Notes under the pieces: generated by a model
What the model was told of the DNA's origin: nothing
Database searches by the model: none
Seen by the model: only the letters and a program-made list of their open reading frames with translations
Source of the DNA: a bacterium
GTDB taxonomy: Bacteria; Pseudomonadota; Alphaproteobacteria; CAJXXZ01; DAHXLG01
Assembly (NCBI GenBank): GCA_027371775.1
Contig: DAHXLG010000002.1
Location: 2,247-66,246, forward strand
Length of the DNA stretch: 64,000 nt
Direction: 5' to 3'
Made by a program: the position numbers and the translations under genes
In this document: one piece after another, positions 54,303-63,972 of the stretch
How positions within the stretch are numbered: position 1 is the stretch's first letter
Layout of the letters: each line of letters starts with the position of its first letter

Positions 54303-55229
54303 TTAACGCTTCGGGCGTCTAAATCCTCTCAAAACTGTTGTTAATTGATGACCCTCCTCAGCTTGGGCAGGCTGTTCTTTAGCTTGGGCAGGCTGTTCTT
54401 TAGCTTGTGCAGACTGTTCTTTAGCACTTGCAACTGGCTCTGAAGAATCTATCATAGTCATATTTATAGCAACTGGTTCTCTCACGGTAGTTCGTTTTTC
54501 ACAACCAAACGAAATATCCTTGCATGGAATCAAATCGCATGAAATCTCCTTGCATGAAATACTCTTGCATGAAAAGAAGCTGCAACATCCTTTGTCATCA
54601 GAATCTTCTTTAATTACCGATAATTTAAAAGATCCACTATTAGAACTACTCGAATGAGGCTTAGAGGATAGTATATAGCTTCTTTTCTGATCAGGAGTAA
54701 CCCTTGGATCATCTTTTGCTGTTGATATCAATGCAGCATATTTTTCCAAGTCTTTTCTTTGAGCCATTGGGAACACATCACCTGTTGTATCTTTTTGTGC
54801 ATCTTGTTTAGCATAATCAAACAAATAATTTAACAAGCCAAGAGTAATCGTTCTAGAATTTACTCCCTCGGCATGTGCTTGTATTATGTATTCACATTGA
54901 GATGCCATTTGCTCGCTAATAGCCTTTAAGGATGCAAAACGTTCAGTATAAAATGCTTGATTTTCACCAGCATCTGCCCTGGCTATCATATCCAAATAAG
55001 CTGATTTGAATGCTTCAGCTGTTATACCATCTTGATAACAATAAATAGGACCTAAAATAGTTACCAATCTATGAGGCATATCTTTGCCCAAAACACCTAA
55101 TTCATTTAGCTGAGAAACATTTGTAAACCAACCAGATTTAGGATATTGATTAGACATTTCCTTCAATACCTCATTATAAGTAGCAAAGACCGAAGCAGCC
55201 ATCATTAAATAAAAATACTTTTTATACAT
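54303..55229 (-). CDS. hypothetical secreted protein with Cys-ladder and AKEQ(P/S)AQ repeats
   Basis: 308 aa. The N-terminus is MYKKYFYLMMAASVFA|TYNEVLKEM. The C-terminal third has CCSFFSCKSISCKEISCDLIPCKDISFGC (Cys every 5 residues) followed by AKEQSAQAKEQPAQAKEQPAQAEE. Confidence 0.55.
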   Translation of the reverse strand: MYKKYFYLMMAASVFATYNEVLKEMSNQYPKSGWFTNVSQLNELGVLGKDMPHRLVTILGPIYCYQDGITAEAFKSAYLDMIARADAGENQAFYTERFASLKAISEQMASQCEYIIQAHAEGVNSRTITLGLLNYLFDYAKQDAQKDTTGDVFPMAQRKDLEKYAALISTAKDDPRVTPDQKRSYILSSKPHSSSSNSGSFKLSVIKEDSDDKGCCSFFSCKSISCKEISCDLIPCKDISFGCEKRTTVREPVAINMTMIDSSEPVASAKEQSAQAKEQPAQAKEQPAQAEEGHQLTTVLRGFRRPKR

Positions 55230-55410
55230 ATATAAAACTCCATAAAATTTTCTATCATAAAAGTATTATAAATCAATTAAATTTTATGTCCATCTATTGA
55301 AAATCAAATTCATATAAAAACTTAATTACAAAATTTTAATTGACTATTTTCGCCTAATTTAGCCAAATTTTGGAAAATCATTTTTCATGATACTATAAAA
55401 ATAATTTTCC

Positions 55411-56016
55411 TTACTTATCTTTAGGAGTCTCTACAAAAACAACACTAATAGATGTTCTTGTTTGATGATGATATATTCTTTGCCTTACAAACGAAAATTT
55501 CATTTCATTTTGCAAAACAGCTACAACGTATTCAGGATATTTTGCACCCAACAACTCAATAATTTTTTCTATTTCCTCAACCTTATCTCTGCTTTGTTTC
55601 ACAACAGCAATTGCACTATCCAAGATTTTTTTATACTCACTAGCCGTGCTTGCTGATAAATTATTATAATAATATGCAACAGCAGCATGGTATTTATTTA
55701 TTGTTCCTTTTAAAAAACACAACATATTCTCAAGTCCAATCACAATCTGACCAAAAAATATAGCATTGAGGATCTTAGATTGAGATAGCATATCATCTGC
55801 ATTTTTTAACAAGTAATCAATTGTGCCTTTTGGATAATATCCCAATAGTACTGTATGTATCACCTCCGTTTCAGGCAGATCACTTTCCATCAAAGAAGAT
55901 TCATCTGCTTTAATTTGTTCCAAAGTTATCCGCTCATTTCCAATTTGAGGATCTGAAAACATTGCGATTGCACTAAAATTCAAACACAAAATGGCTGTTA
56001 GTAAAATTTTATACAT
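55411..56016 (-). CDS. hypothetical secreted protein
   Basis: 201 aa. The N-terminus MYKILLTAILCLNFSAIA looks like a signal peptide. No known motif. Confidence 0.5.
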   Translation of the reverse strand: MYKILLTAILCLNFSAIAMFSDPQIGNERITLEQIKADESSLMESDLPETEVIHTVLLGYYPKGTIDYLLKNADDMLSQSKILNAIFFGQIVIGLENMLCFLKGTINKYHAAVAYYYNNLSASTASEYKKILDSAIAVVKQSRDKVEEIEKIIELLGAKYPEYVVAVLQNEMKFSFVRQRIYHHQTRTSISVVFVETPKDK

Positions 56017-56083
56017 TTTTTTATATACTCCCTTATAGGTTATATTAACAAACTATATGCTTCGTACAATAGGAAGTTATGCG

Positions 56084-56884
56084 TTATTCTTCAGGCCAGT
56101 TATGATCAAACTCAATAAATTCAGTTTTTCCAAAAACTGATTCCAACTCTTCTCTTTTGCACTTATCATTTCTACTCAAATACTTTTTTGCGTGCCCAGA
56201 AACCAAACAAGCTTCTTTTCTGTAATCTACAAATGCTTCGTACGTAATTGGAACCCACTCTTTTACAATTGCTTCTATTGCATTTGAAAACTCTCTTATT
56301 TCAAACTGGGCTGTCGGATGTGAACGTAACTCAATTAAGTGCAACAAATTATGCAAATCACATTTCCAATAAAATTGCGTATATATGTTTTGAGGCAAAA
56401 CCACACGAGCTAATTCTCTTGCTGTGCCTTTTTCTATCATCTGCTTATATGCAGCATACGCTGTCTTAGATTGCTCTTCAATTAACGTACGAACTTCTCT
56501 TGCTTGTGCATGTGAAAGAGCCCCACCTCTGCCTTGCTTATTATCCAAAGACTGTAATGCTATATCTTTTTCCTGTGGAATGTAAAATTCATCTGGCATC
56601 AAAGAATAACGCGCTGAATATTCATTTAAATTAGCAGTTCTGTGCCTAATCCACTGTCTTGCTACAAAAATAGGCATTTTGATATGCAGCTTTATTTCAC
56701 ACATTTCAAACGGAGAAGTGTGCTTATGTCGCATCAAATAACGAATCAAAGACCTATCTTGACTAGAATGCTTTGTGCCTTCTCCATAAGAAATTCTCGC
56801 AGCCTGGACTATAGATGAATCCGTACCCATTTTATCTACAACACGAACAAAACCGTGATCTAAAACTTTCAAAATTTCTATCAT
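56084..56884 (-). CDS. thyX: FAD-dependent thymidylate synthase
   Basis: ThyX signature RHRTANLNEYSARY. 266 aa, with the typical N-terminus LDHGFVRVVDKMG. Confidence 0.9.
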   Translation of the reverse strand: MIEILKVLDHGFVRVVDKMGTDSSIVQAARISYGEGTKHSSQDRSLIRYLMRHKHTSPFEMCEIKLHIKMPIFVARQWIRHRTANLNEYSARYSLMPDEFYIPQEKDIALQSLDNKQGRGGALSHAQAREVRTLIEEQSKTAYAAYKQMIEKGTARELARVVLPQNIYTQFYWKCDLHNLLHLIELRSHPTAQFEIREFSNAIEAIVKEWVPITYEAFVDYRKEACLVSGHAKKYLSRNDKCKREELESVFGKTEFIEFDHNWPEE

Positions 56885-57060
56885 AAAACCAAACTATTAA
56901 AAACTTATCACAAACGCAAGAGTTGTTTTGAAAAATTCCAATTTTCTTGTGTAATCAGTAAAATCAAGGTAATGATGACTCATATTAAAAGAACACAACC
57001 TTCATAAATTAAGTATTATTATCACTATAAAAAACGCAAGAGTTATGTTAGAATAATTTC

Positions 57061-57930
57061 ATGTCATTAATGGGAGTGAATTTTGAGAAATTACAAATTT
57101 TTCGCCTTCTGTGCGATCTGCAATCATTTTCCATGGTTGCAAAAGCCATTGATGCAAGCCAATCGTTAATCAGCCGCAATATTCAAGATCTTGAGAAAAC
57201 AATTGGACACAAACTAATCTCAAACAACCAAAAGCCATTAGTTCTAACGCCATATGGCAAAAAACTATATGAGTTGATAATTTTGCTTAATGATGATTTG
57301 AACCACATAGAAGAAAACATAGTATTTCAAAATAATAACTTCAAGAACTCTCAAATTCGAATCTTTATTTCAATTTCAATGGTTTTGGGCTGTATTTTGG
57401 CTGATAAAATTAAATATCTTCTATCTTTCTTTCCAGAAATCTATATTGATATTTCTTTCACTAATGAAATTACTATGGATTTACTTAACAAGAAAGATCT
57501 CGTTATCACGCGCGAGCCATATAATCACGCCCTTGTTGAGACAAAATTTTTAAACACATACAAAATGATGTTTGGTATTGGCAAACAGTATTTGAAAAAA
57601 AGAGGATATCCTAAGTTCGTTTCATCCCTTAAATATCACGATTTTATATATATACAAGACTATCAATATGATGCATTTATGAGCAAAGAAATTTTGGATA
57701 ACATATCAAACAAATACACAATCAGCAATGAGCTGGCGGCTTTGCAATCTATTTCTGCAGGATGTGGTATAGGCATTTTGCCAGAGTTTATAACCAAAGA
57801 GTTCCATGAAATTTATACATTTGAAATTGGAGAAAAATTGAAACCTTTTGAGATTCATACATCTGTTTCGAAAGTTAAATCCAATAGCTATATAGACTTA
57901 ATCACAGATTTCTTGAAAAATGAATTGTAA
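57061..57930 (+). CDS. LysR-family transcriptional regulator
   Basis: An N-terminal wHTH (LQIFRLLCDLQSFSMVAKAIDASQSLISRNIQDLEKTIGHKLI) is followed by a ~200-aa effector-binding-like domain. Confidence 0.8.
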   Translation: MSLMGVNFEKLQIFRLLCDLQSFSMVAKAIDASQSLISRNIQDLEKTIGHKLISNNQKPLVLTPYGKKLYELIILLNDDLNHIEENIVFQNNNFKNSQIRIFISISMVLGCILADKIKYLLSFFPEIYIDISFTNEITMDLLNKKDLVITREPYNHALVETKFLNTYKMMFGIGKQYLKKRGYPKFVSSLKYHDFIYIQDYQYDAFMSKEILDNISNKYTISNELAALQSISAGCGIGILPEFITKEFHEIYTFEIGEKLKPFEIHTSVSKVKSNSYIDLITDFLKNEL

Positions 57931-58505
57931 TGATAAGAATAAATAAAATAACTACAAAAACTGGCGATAATGGCCAAACGCTTGGGCCTGGAATACGTCT
58001 TATATCCAAATTTAGTGATGAAATTGAATTTATTGGAAAAATAGACGAGCTAAACTCAAGCTTAGGACAAGTTTTAGCTTCAACATGCAAAAGAAAAACA
58101 AAGAAACTAATTACAGAAATTCAACATCAATTGTTCGATATAGGAAGCATGTTTTTTAAAAAAGATGCAATTGATTGTGATAAATTTATTCAGTTTTTGG
58201 AAGAAAAAATTATTGAATACAGCAAAAATGTAAAAGCATTGGATTCGTTTCTTTTGCCTCAAGGTGGATTGTTTAAAAAAAGAATAGTATCTTCTTTGCA
58301 TGTAGCAAGAAGTTGTGCTAGGTCTGCTGAAAGATCATTTTGGAAAACAGTTATCAATCACTGTGAAATTGAACCCACAGAAAAATTAATTAGCTTAAAT
58401 ATGATAGGAGTTTATTTAAACAGACTTTCTGATCTGCTTTTTGCAATCATTAGAAAAAATAGTAGAAAAAAGTGGATCCCAATGAAACGAAGGTTATCAA
58501 TCTAA
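57930..58505 (+). CDS. PduO-type ATP:cob(I)alamin adenosyltransferase family protein
   Basis: The N-terminal TTKTGDNGQT motif and the ~190-aa helical bundle size fit the family. The start overlaps the LysR stop (TAATG). Confidence 0.75.
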   Translation: MIRINKITTKTGDNGQTLGPGIRLISKFSDEIEFIGKIDELNSSLGQVLASTCKRKTKKLITEIQHQLFDIGSMFFKKDAIDCDKFIQFLEEKIIEYSKNVKALDSFLLPQGGLFKKRIVSSLHVARSCARSAERSFWKTVINHCEIEPTEKLISLNMIGVYLNRLSDLLFAIIRKNSRKKWIPMKRRLSI

Positions 58506-58701
58506 CAATTTATTTTCAACATATATTTTGTATTAGTGATAAATTTATAACAATAATTTTTAGCAAAACATAAAAATGAAATAATCTAGCCGTTATTATT
58601 TAATGCTTTTTAAGACTATACTCAGTTTTATGATTCTATCACAAGTATTTAAAATTAAAATCAGTACAATTTATCGAATTATATATAAAAAACATTTATT
58701 T

Positions 58702-59451
58702 TTATTTAATATTCGTTGTTTTGTTAATTTTTTGCATAGTATGCTCAAGCTCTTTTTTTATTTGAGCTCCATTATATGCGCAATATATATCTGCAATAGA
58801 AAAAAACAAAATACCAGTTAATAAAGCCCCTAATACATATTTTCTTTTATAATTAACTTTGTTTTTAACATTTTCAAACCAATGAAAAAACGCATCGTCT
58901 ATATTTTCTTTTACAAAACAATCTTTTTGTACAAAATTTTGTTCATGATCTTCATTAATATAAATAAGATCATCATTAATCTCGCAATTAAAATTGGAAT
59001 TATGTTTTTCTTTATATAAAACTTTTTGCACAATCTTTTGAAAACTCATTGTTTTATCACAATCATGATCTAATTGCTCTCCAACCCCAAAAACATTTAT
59101 TTTTCTACCATTGTTATATTTCTTAACACTATCGATAGCCTCTTTGTAATCTTTTGTGTACGCAACAAGAAATTTATCAACCATACCATAATAATGAGTT
59201 TCATTTTCTTTCTTTTCTATTATTAAACATGATGATCCAGAATATTCAAAGACATATAAGTAAAATTGAGCTTTTTCAACTGGCATCCAATACTTTTGCT
59301 CATCATTCAAAAATGCCCACATGATTTTTGATTTATCTAAAAAAACCAATGCTTTTTGCTGCCCCAATAGAGATAATTTTTCTCTAATCCACTTTTTTCT
59401 ATGAAAAAAAACCAATGTTGGATGGAATTTCTTCCATGACATAATTTTCAT
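58702..59451 (-). CDS. hypothetical protein with C-terminal TM segment, last gene of the PilB-PilC module; probably N-terminally longer
   Basis: 249-aa ORF with a TM-like segment YVLGALLTGILFFSIADIYCAY near the C-terminus. A 49-codon ORF starts at the complement of 59546-59548 with a strong GGGAGG SD 5 nt upstream. It runs into this ORF in another frame, and the two are separated by an A8/T8 run at 59404-59411. Confidence 0.5.
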   Translation of the reverse strand: MKIMSWKKFHPTLVFFHRKKWIREKLSLLGQQKALVFLDKSKIMWAFLNDEQKYWMPVEKAQFYLYVFEYSGSSCLIIEKKENETHYYGMVDKFLVAYTKDYKEAIDSVKKYNNGRKINVFGVGEQLDHDCDKTMSFQKIVQKVLYKEKHNSNFNCEINDDLIYINEDHEQNFVQKDCFVKENIDDAFFHWFENVKNKVNYKRKYVLGALLTGILFFSIADIYCAYNGAQIKKELEHTMQKINKTTNIK

Positions 59452-59608
59452 TATTTGAAAACTCTATGTGTTGTTTCAAACATAGATCATTTTTAAAATC
59501 ACGCACATTACGACTATTTAAAATGTTATTATTAAACTCATTACCCATAAATTCCTCCCAAAATTTATATTTTCACAATGTTTGAAGCTAATTTTTAGCA
59601 AAAAATAA

Positions 59609-60745
59609 TCACAACCCAAAACTATATAATGGCATAAATATCAAAAGCACAAAGCTTATCATCATAAGCGATGTTAATACAATTAGCACTATAGGAAGCA
59701 AATTAATCATCTTATCCATCAAAACTTGGTACTTTGAATAAAACATCTGCTTTACCAACTCAAGTGAATTAGCTAATCCACCAGAATCTTCTCCTGTTTT
59801 TATTATGTCGCTTACAACTTTTGGTATAAAATCAAATCTTTTAACAGATTGATTTATTTTAACACCTTTTATCAAATCATCTTTCATCTTTATCAGTACT
59901 TTTTTCGTAATACCAGAAGAAGATTCAATTGCAATATCAAAACTTTCTATAATAGAAACACCATTATTCATGCTGCTTGCCAAATAATATGATGTAACAT
60001 ATATCGATTTATATTTTAAAAAATCACCAAAAACAGGAGTTTTAAGAAGAATTTTTTCAAACAAATCTTTTTTTGTGTAATAAATTATCAACATTGATAC
60101 TAATCCTAGCAAAGTCAATACAATAATAGATTTCAATACAAACATGAACGCGAAAAATATCTTGTAATTTGAAACATCTTGATTATTGAACGAATTTAAA
60201 AGACCAAACATCGAAGGTACGATATAATTAGAAAACAAAAATATTATTCCAATAAAAACAAAAAATGTAAAAGCTGGATATGTAAGAGCAGTTTTTAGCT
60301 TCTTCTTTTGCTCTATATTCCATTGCATGAATTCTTTCAACATTAAAAATGTATCTTTGAAATTCTTGTTTTTTTCACCAGCTTTTATGATTTTTATAGC
60401 ATAAAAAGGAAAAATCTTGTTTGCCTCCAAAGCTTTTGAAAAAACCTCACCCTTGTTTAATCTAAGAATTATATTTCTGATAGATAAATGAAATTCTTTT
60501 TTCACACAATGTATTGATGATTCTATGCAAAATCCCAAATCGTTATTAACTTTTAAAAACTCGCAAATTGACTGTATGAAAAACAAAACTTCTGAATCTT
60601 TCATCTTGTTTTTAAATATTGAACCTATATTATTCAAAACACTTGAAAACCCAAGTGTACTTTTATTATCCAAAAAATCTGTTGAATAAATTATTTTTGA
60701 TCTCATTATCTTCCCCAATTGATCTTTATGATTGTACAACAACAT
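59609..60745 (-). CDS. GspF/PilC-family inner-membrane platform protein
   Basis: 378 aa. Two GspF-type halves (…IKAGEKNKNFKDTFLML… and …IKTGEDSGGLANSLELVKQMF…) sit between hydrophobic segments (ALTYPAFTFFVFIGIIFLF, LPIVLIVLTSLMMISFVLLIF). Confidence 0.8.
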   Translation of the reverse strand: MLLYNHKDQLGKIMRSKIIYSTDFLDNKSTLGFSSVLNNIGSIFKNKMKDSEVLFFIQSICEFLKVNNDLGFCIESSIHCVKKEFHLSIRNIILRLNKGEVFSKALEANKIFPFYAIKIIKAGEKNKNFKDTFLMLKEFMQWNIEQKKKLKTALTYPAFTFFVFIGIIFLFSNYIVPSMFGLLNSFNNQDVSNYKIFFAFMFVLKSIIVLTLLGLVSMLIIYYTKKDLFEKILLKTPVFGDFLKYKSIYVTSYYLASSMNNGVSIIESFDIAIESSSGITKKVLIKMKDDLIKGVKINQSVKRFDFIPKVVSDIIKTGEDSGGLANSLELVKQMFYSKYQVLMDKMINLLPIVLIVLTSLMMISFVLLIFMPLYSFGL

Positions 60746-60901
60746 TGTTTATATGGCAACTAAATTTTACTAAATCAAATATATATAGAGAGGAAAAACA
60801 AATTTTTCTTCAAAATATTTTTAACGTTTTTTTAATTAATTAGTTAATAAAAAACAAACAATTAGTAATTTTAGTTTTTAACTTAGTTGGTAATTTGATC
60901 T

Positions 60902-62221
60902 TCAACCAACTACGCGTTTAACTTCTTCTTCTGTTGTTATACCATCTTTAACCATCTTACGAGCTATCTTTCCCAAATTGTTTTCAATATCAGGAATTGA
61001 CCCTGCTCTCAAAATATCTCTAGTTTTTTCATCAAAGTAAAAAGCATCTGAAACAAGAGCAAGTCCCTTATAAGACTTTATACCATTTTCATAAACAACT
61101 TTTCTAACAAGACGTTGAGAAAAAATAGCAAGCAAAGATTCAGCCAAAATTTTTGGCGAAATCCCCATATCTATCAACCTACTAATCGCACCTTTGATAG
61201 AGTAAGCGTGCAGTGTTGTTAGAACCTTGTGCCCAGTCATTGCAGCTTGCGCTGCTATCTGAGCCGTTTTTGCATCTCTTATCTCACCTAAGAAAACAAC
61301 ATTAGGATCTTGTCTTAAAATTGATTTCATTCCATCAAAAAAATCTAAATTATCAGTGATATTTGTTTGTACAATACCAGGAATTCTATATTCTACAGGG
61401 TCTTCAAGAGTCATTATGTTAACACCTGAACTTGAAATTTCCTTCAAAATAGAATGGATTGCTGTTGTTTTACCAGAATTTGTTGGACCTGTAAAAATAA
61501 CAAAACCAAAAGGATCTTCAACAACTTTTTTTGCAATCTTCAAAACATCATCTGTCAAGCCGATTTTTTCAATAGACATAACATTTTTTTGTTGCAAAAC
61601 TCTTAAAACACATCTTTCACCAAGAAATGTAGGATGTGTTGAAAATCTAAAATCAACATCATTATTTCTAAAGTTTCTATAAAAAGAAGAGCTGTGCGGG
61701 ATATGTTTTTTTGATGTATCGATAGATGAAAGAACTTTCATACGCATCAAAACAGAATCACCTTGTTCTTTTGTTAAAGCAAAAACCTTTTGCAACACAG
61801 TATCTATCTTGAATTTTACTTCGTATTTTGTGCTATCAATAACATCAAAATGAATATCTGATACATTGTTCAATAAAGCTTGTATTAAAATATAATCCAA
61901 AATAACCCTTATAGGAGTTAAGTTAGAAAATACTTTAAAACCATCTTTGTTTTCGCAAATAGTGTTGTAATTATTTATTAAAAACACTTTTTCATTGAAA
62001 TCTTCTTCATCAATGTAATATGTTTTTACTTTGTAATTACTAATCTTATAGAGTCCTTCATTTTTCACAAGAATAAACATATCATCTTCGTTCTTGTAAA
62101 ACGGAATACCATGTTTTATTAATTGGAAATCGTTGAATAAAAACGGATCCAAAAGTATGCAATCTGCAACTTTGTTTATTTTAATGCTACTCATACTTGT
62201 GAAACGATAACATTTAATCAT
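60902..62221 (-). CDS. GspE/PilB-family secretion/pilus assembly ATPase
   Basis: Walker A FTGPTNSGKTT, Asp box TLEDPVEYRIPG, Walker B PNVVFLGEIRD, His box TGHKVLTTLHA, and C-terminus GITTEEEVKRVVG. At 439 aa it is short. I see no tetracysteine zinc motif. Confidence 0.85.
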   Translation of the reverse strand: MIKCYRFTSMSSIKINKVADCILLDPFLFNDFQLIKHGIPFYKNEDDMFILVKNEGLYKISNYKVKTYYIDEEDFNEKVFLINNYNTICENKDGFKVFSNLTPIRVILDYILIQALLNNVSDIHFDVIDSTKYEVKFKIDTVLQKVFALTKEQGDSVLMRMKVLSSIDTSKKHIPHSSSFYRNFRNNDVDFRFSTHPTFLGERCVLRVLQQKNVMSIEKIGLTDDVLKIAKKVVEDPFGFVIFTGPTNSGKTTAIHSILKEISSSGVNIMTLEDPVEYRIPGIVQTNITDNLDFFDGMKSILRQDPNVVFLGEIRDAKTAQIAAQAAMTGHKVLTTLHAYSIKGAISRLIDMGISPKILAESLLAIFSQRLVRKVVYENGIKSYKGLALVSDAFYFDEKTRDILRAGSIPDIENNLGKIARKMVKDGITTEEEVKRVVG

Positions 62222-62476
62222 ATTTTTTAATCAATAGCAATAGATTATTAACATGGTGAAATGATGAATTAATTTTTTTTAAACCTTTTTAAGAGAGAAT
62301 TCCATACCCAATGTTTTCAACATTTTTACCCCGTGTTTCCACATTTTTATTTTTCCCACATTTATTGATGTCTTTTTGTTAGAAATATGTTATACAAATT
62401 GTGGAAAAAGTATTTTTAAAATATTTTAGTAATTGTTTTTATTTGTATTATTTTTTTTTGGGTATACAAGCCTTTT
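62222..62476. other. candidate chromosomal replication origin (oriC)
   Basis: This is a divergent intergenic region. Four DnaA-box-like 9-mers are present: TTTTCAACA at 62314-62322, GTTTCCACA at 62335-62343, TTTCCCACA at 62352-62360, and TGTGGAAAA at 62400-62408 (which is TTTTCCACA on the other strand). A very AT-rich tract follows at 62411-62465. Spot counts on the plus strand give C>G to the left (for example 59701-59760: 13 C / 4 G) and G>C to the right (63601-63660: 14 G / 4 C). Confidence 0.45.
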
Positions 62477-62497
62477 TTGTTCTGGTATAAATATGTT

Positions 62498-63010
62498 ATG
62501 GAATTTGATTTTGAAGAATTTAAAGGAAACGCAATAGATTTCTTTTATAAAAACAAAAGGAATATATTTTTAGGTGGATCAGCTTTCTTTGCACTTATCC
62601 TCATAGTTGGGTTTTTTGCCAAGAATTCATATGATAGACAAATTGTTTCATCAAACATGTTGATTGATTATATCAATGGTGAAAGTGATGAGTTTATGAA
62701 AAGTAATCATAAAAAAGGGTACGCTTTGGTAAAAAATATAATTGAGTCTAGAAAGAATCCAACTATTGAAAAATTAGATTCTTTTGCGAAAATAGATGAT
62801 TATGTGTTTAAAAATTTGTTTTATTTTGCAAAGAGGTTGTATTTCAATTACAAAGATGAGTATTCTTCTTATTATGAATCTGAAATAAACCCTTGGAGCA
62901 ATTTAGTAATAACAGCAGGAGTATTTAATGGATCAAGAAATGTTAGTTTGTTAAAGAAAAAAGAGGAGTATATGATGATTTTTGCAATTGGAAAGGGGGT
63001 TAAGTGTTAA
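62498..63010 (+). CDS. YfgM-like membrane-anchored protein (tentative)
   Basis: The architecture is a short cytoplasmic N-terminus (MEFDFEEFKGNAIDFFYKNKRN), one TM segment (IFLGGSAFFALILIVGFFA) and a helical periplasmic part. It lies directly upstream of, and overlaps, a BamB-like gene, as yfgM-bamB often do. The first ATG in frame is at 62498. Confidence 0.4.
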   Translation: MEFDFEEFKGNAIDFFYKNKRNIFLGGSAFFALILIVGFFAKNSYDRQIVSSNMLIDYINGESDEFMKSNHKKGYALVKNIIESRKNPTIEKLDSFAKIDDYVFKNLFYFAKRLYFNYKDEYSSYYESEINPWSNLVITAGVFNGSRNVSLLKKKEEYMMIFAIGKGVKC

Positions 63011-63972
63011 ATTTAAATAAATTTATATTATTTTTTTCATTTTTTGCTTTTAATGCTTCTGCAATAGATTTTTCTTGTGTTGATTTAGAGGAAGATGAAT
63101 ATGAATTTGATTATTCAAATGAAAAAATTGTTTCTGTGGGTAAAAAATCAGTTTGTTTAATTGATACTAAAACCTCAAAAAAAACTGAAATTTATAAGTT
63201 TGAAAGAAGTGCTAAAGCAGTTGCAAAAGTTGCTATTTCAGATGAAAATGTTTTTCTTAATACAGAAGATTGTGTTTTTAAGTGTTTAGATTTTTCTGGT
63301 AATGTTATTTTTCAAAAAACTCTTCAAGCTGTTTCTAGAAGTGGTATTTTTATTGATAATTCAAATGTTTTCTTTGCTTCAATAAATCAGTATGTATATT
63401 GCTATTCTAAAAATGGTGATTTAGTTTGGTTTAATAAAGATAATCCAAGCAATGACTTGATTTATAAATGTAAGTTATTTGTTGGGAAGTACATTTATTT
63501 ATTAAACAAATCTGGTATTTCAATTATTGATAAAAGAACAGGTTTTTTATATTTGGCAATTGATAAGTTTAAAGAAGCAAGAGATTTTTATGTTGTTGGA
63601 GATGATGTAGTTTGTTCTATTTCTGATCATGATTTTGTTTTATATGAAGTTATGACTGGGGTTACAAAGAAAAATGATAATTATTTTCCAACATATTTTA
63701 TTTCTGGTAAAAGTAATTACTCTTATAAAGATTCTGTTTTGAAAAATTTAGATAACGGTAAAGAATATAAGTTTGAAGCTATTAGTTTTGAATTTTTTGA
63801 AGGAAAAGTGTTTGCATACAATAAAAATAGTTATAACTATGATCAGTTGGTTATAATTGATGGTGAAAAAGTTACTTTTGAAAAGTTAGACTTTAAAATA
63901 AGGAAAATGATTTATAAGGATAGAATGTTTGTTGCATTTGATGGATCAAAAATTTATTGGGCTAATATATAA
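63004..63972 (+). CDS. BamB-like beta-propeller protein (tentative)
   Basis: 322 aa. The signal-like N-terminus is MLNLNKFILFFSFFAFNASA. Repeated strand-rich units with an aromatic-Gly-x-hydrophobic-x-W/F pattern are present (YVYCYSKNGDLVWFNK, FKCLDFSGNVIFQK, ISIIDKRTGFLYLAI). Synteny with the YfgM-like gene supports the call. Confidence 0.45.
   Translation: MLNLNKFILFFSFFAFNASAIDFSCVDLEEDEYEFDYSNEKIVSVGKKSVCLIDTKTSKKTEIYKFERSAKAVAKVAISDENVFLNTEDCVFKCLDFSGNVIFQKTLQAVSRSGIFIDNSNVFFASINQYVYCYSKNGDLVWFNKDNPSNDLIYKCKLFVGKYIYLLNKSGISIIDKRTGFLYLAIDKFKEARDFYVVGDDVVCSISDHDFVLYEVMTGVTKKNDNYFPTYFISGKSNYSYKDSVLKNLDNGKEYKFEAISFEFFEGKVFAYNKNSYNYDQLVIIDGEKVTFEKLDFKIRKMIYKDRMFVAFDGSKIYWANI

Noticed and set aside
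62279-62292. TTAA-N6-TTAA near the candidate origin as a CtrA box
   Set aside because: The CtrA consensus is TTAA-N7-TTAA. The spacing here is 6, and TTAA is frequent by chance in such AT-rich DNA.
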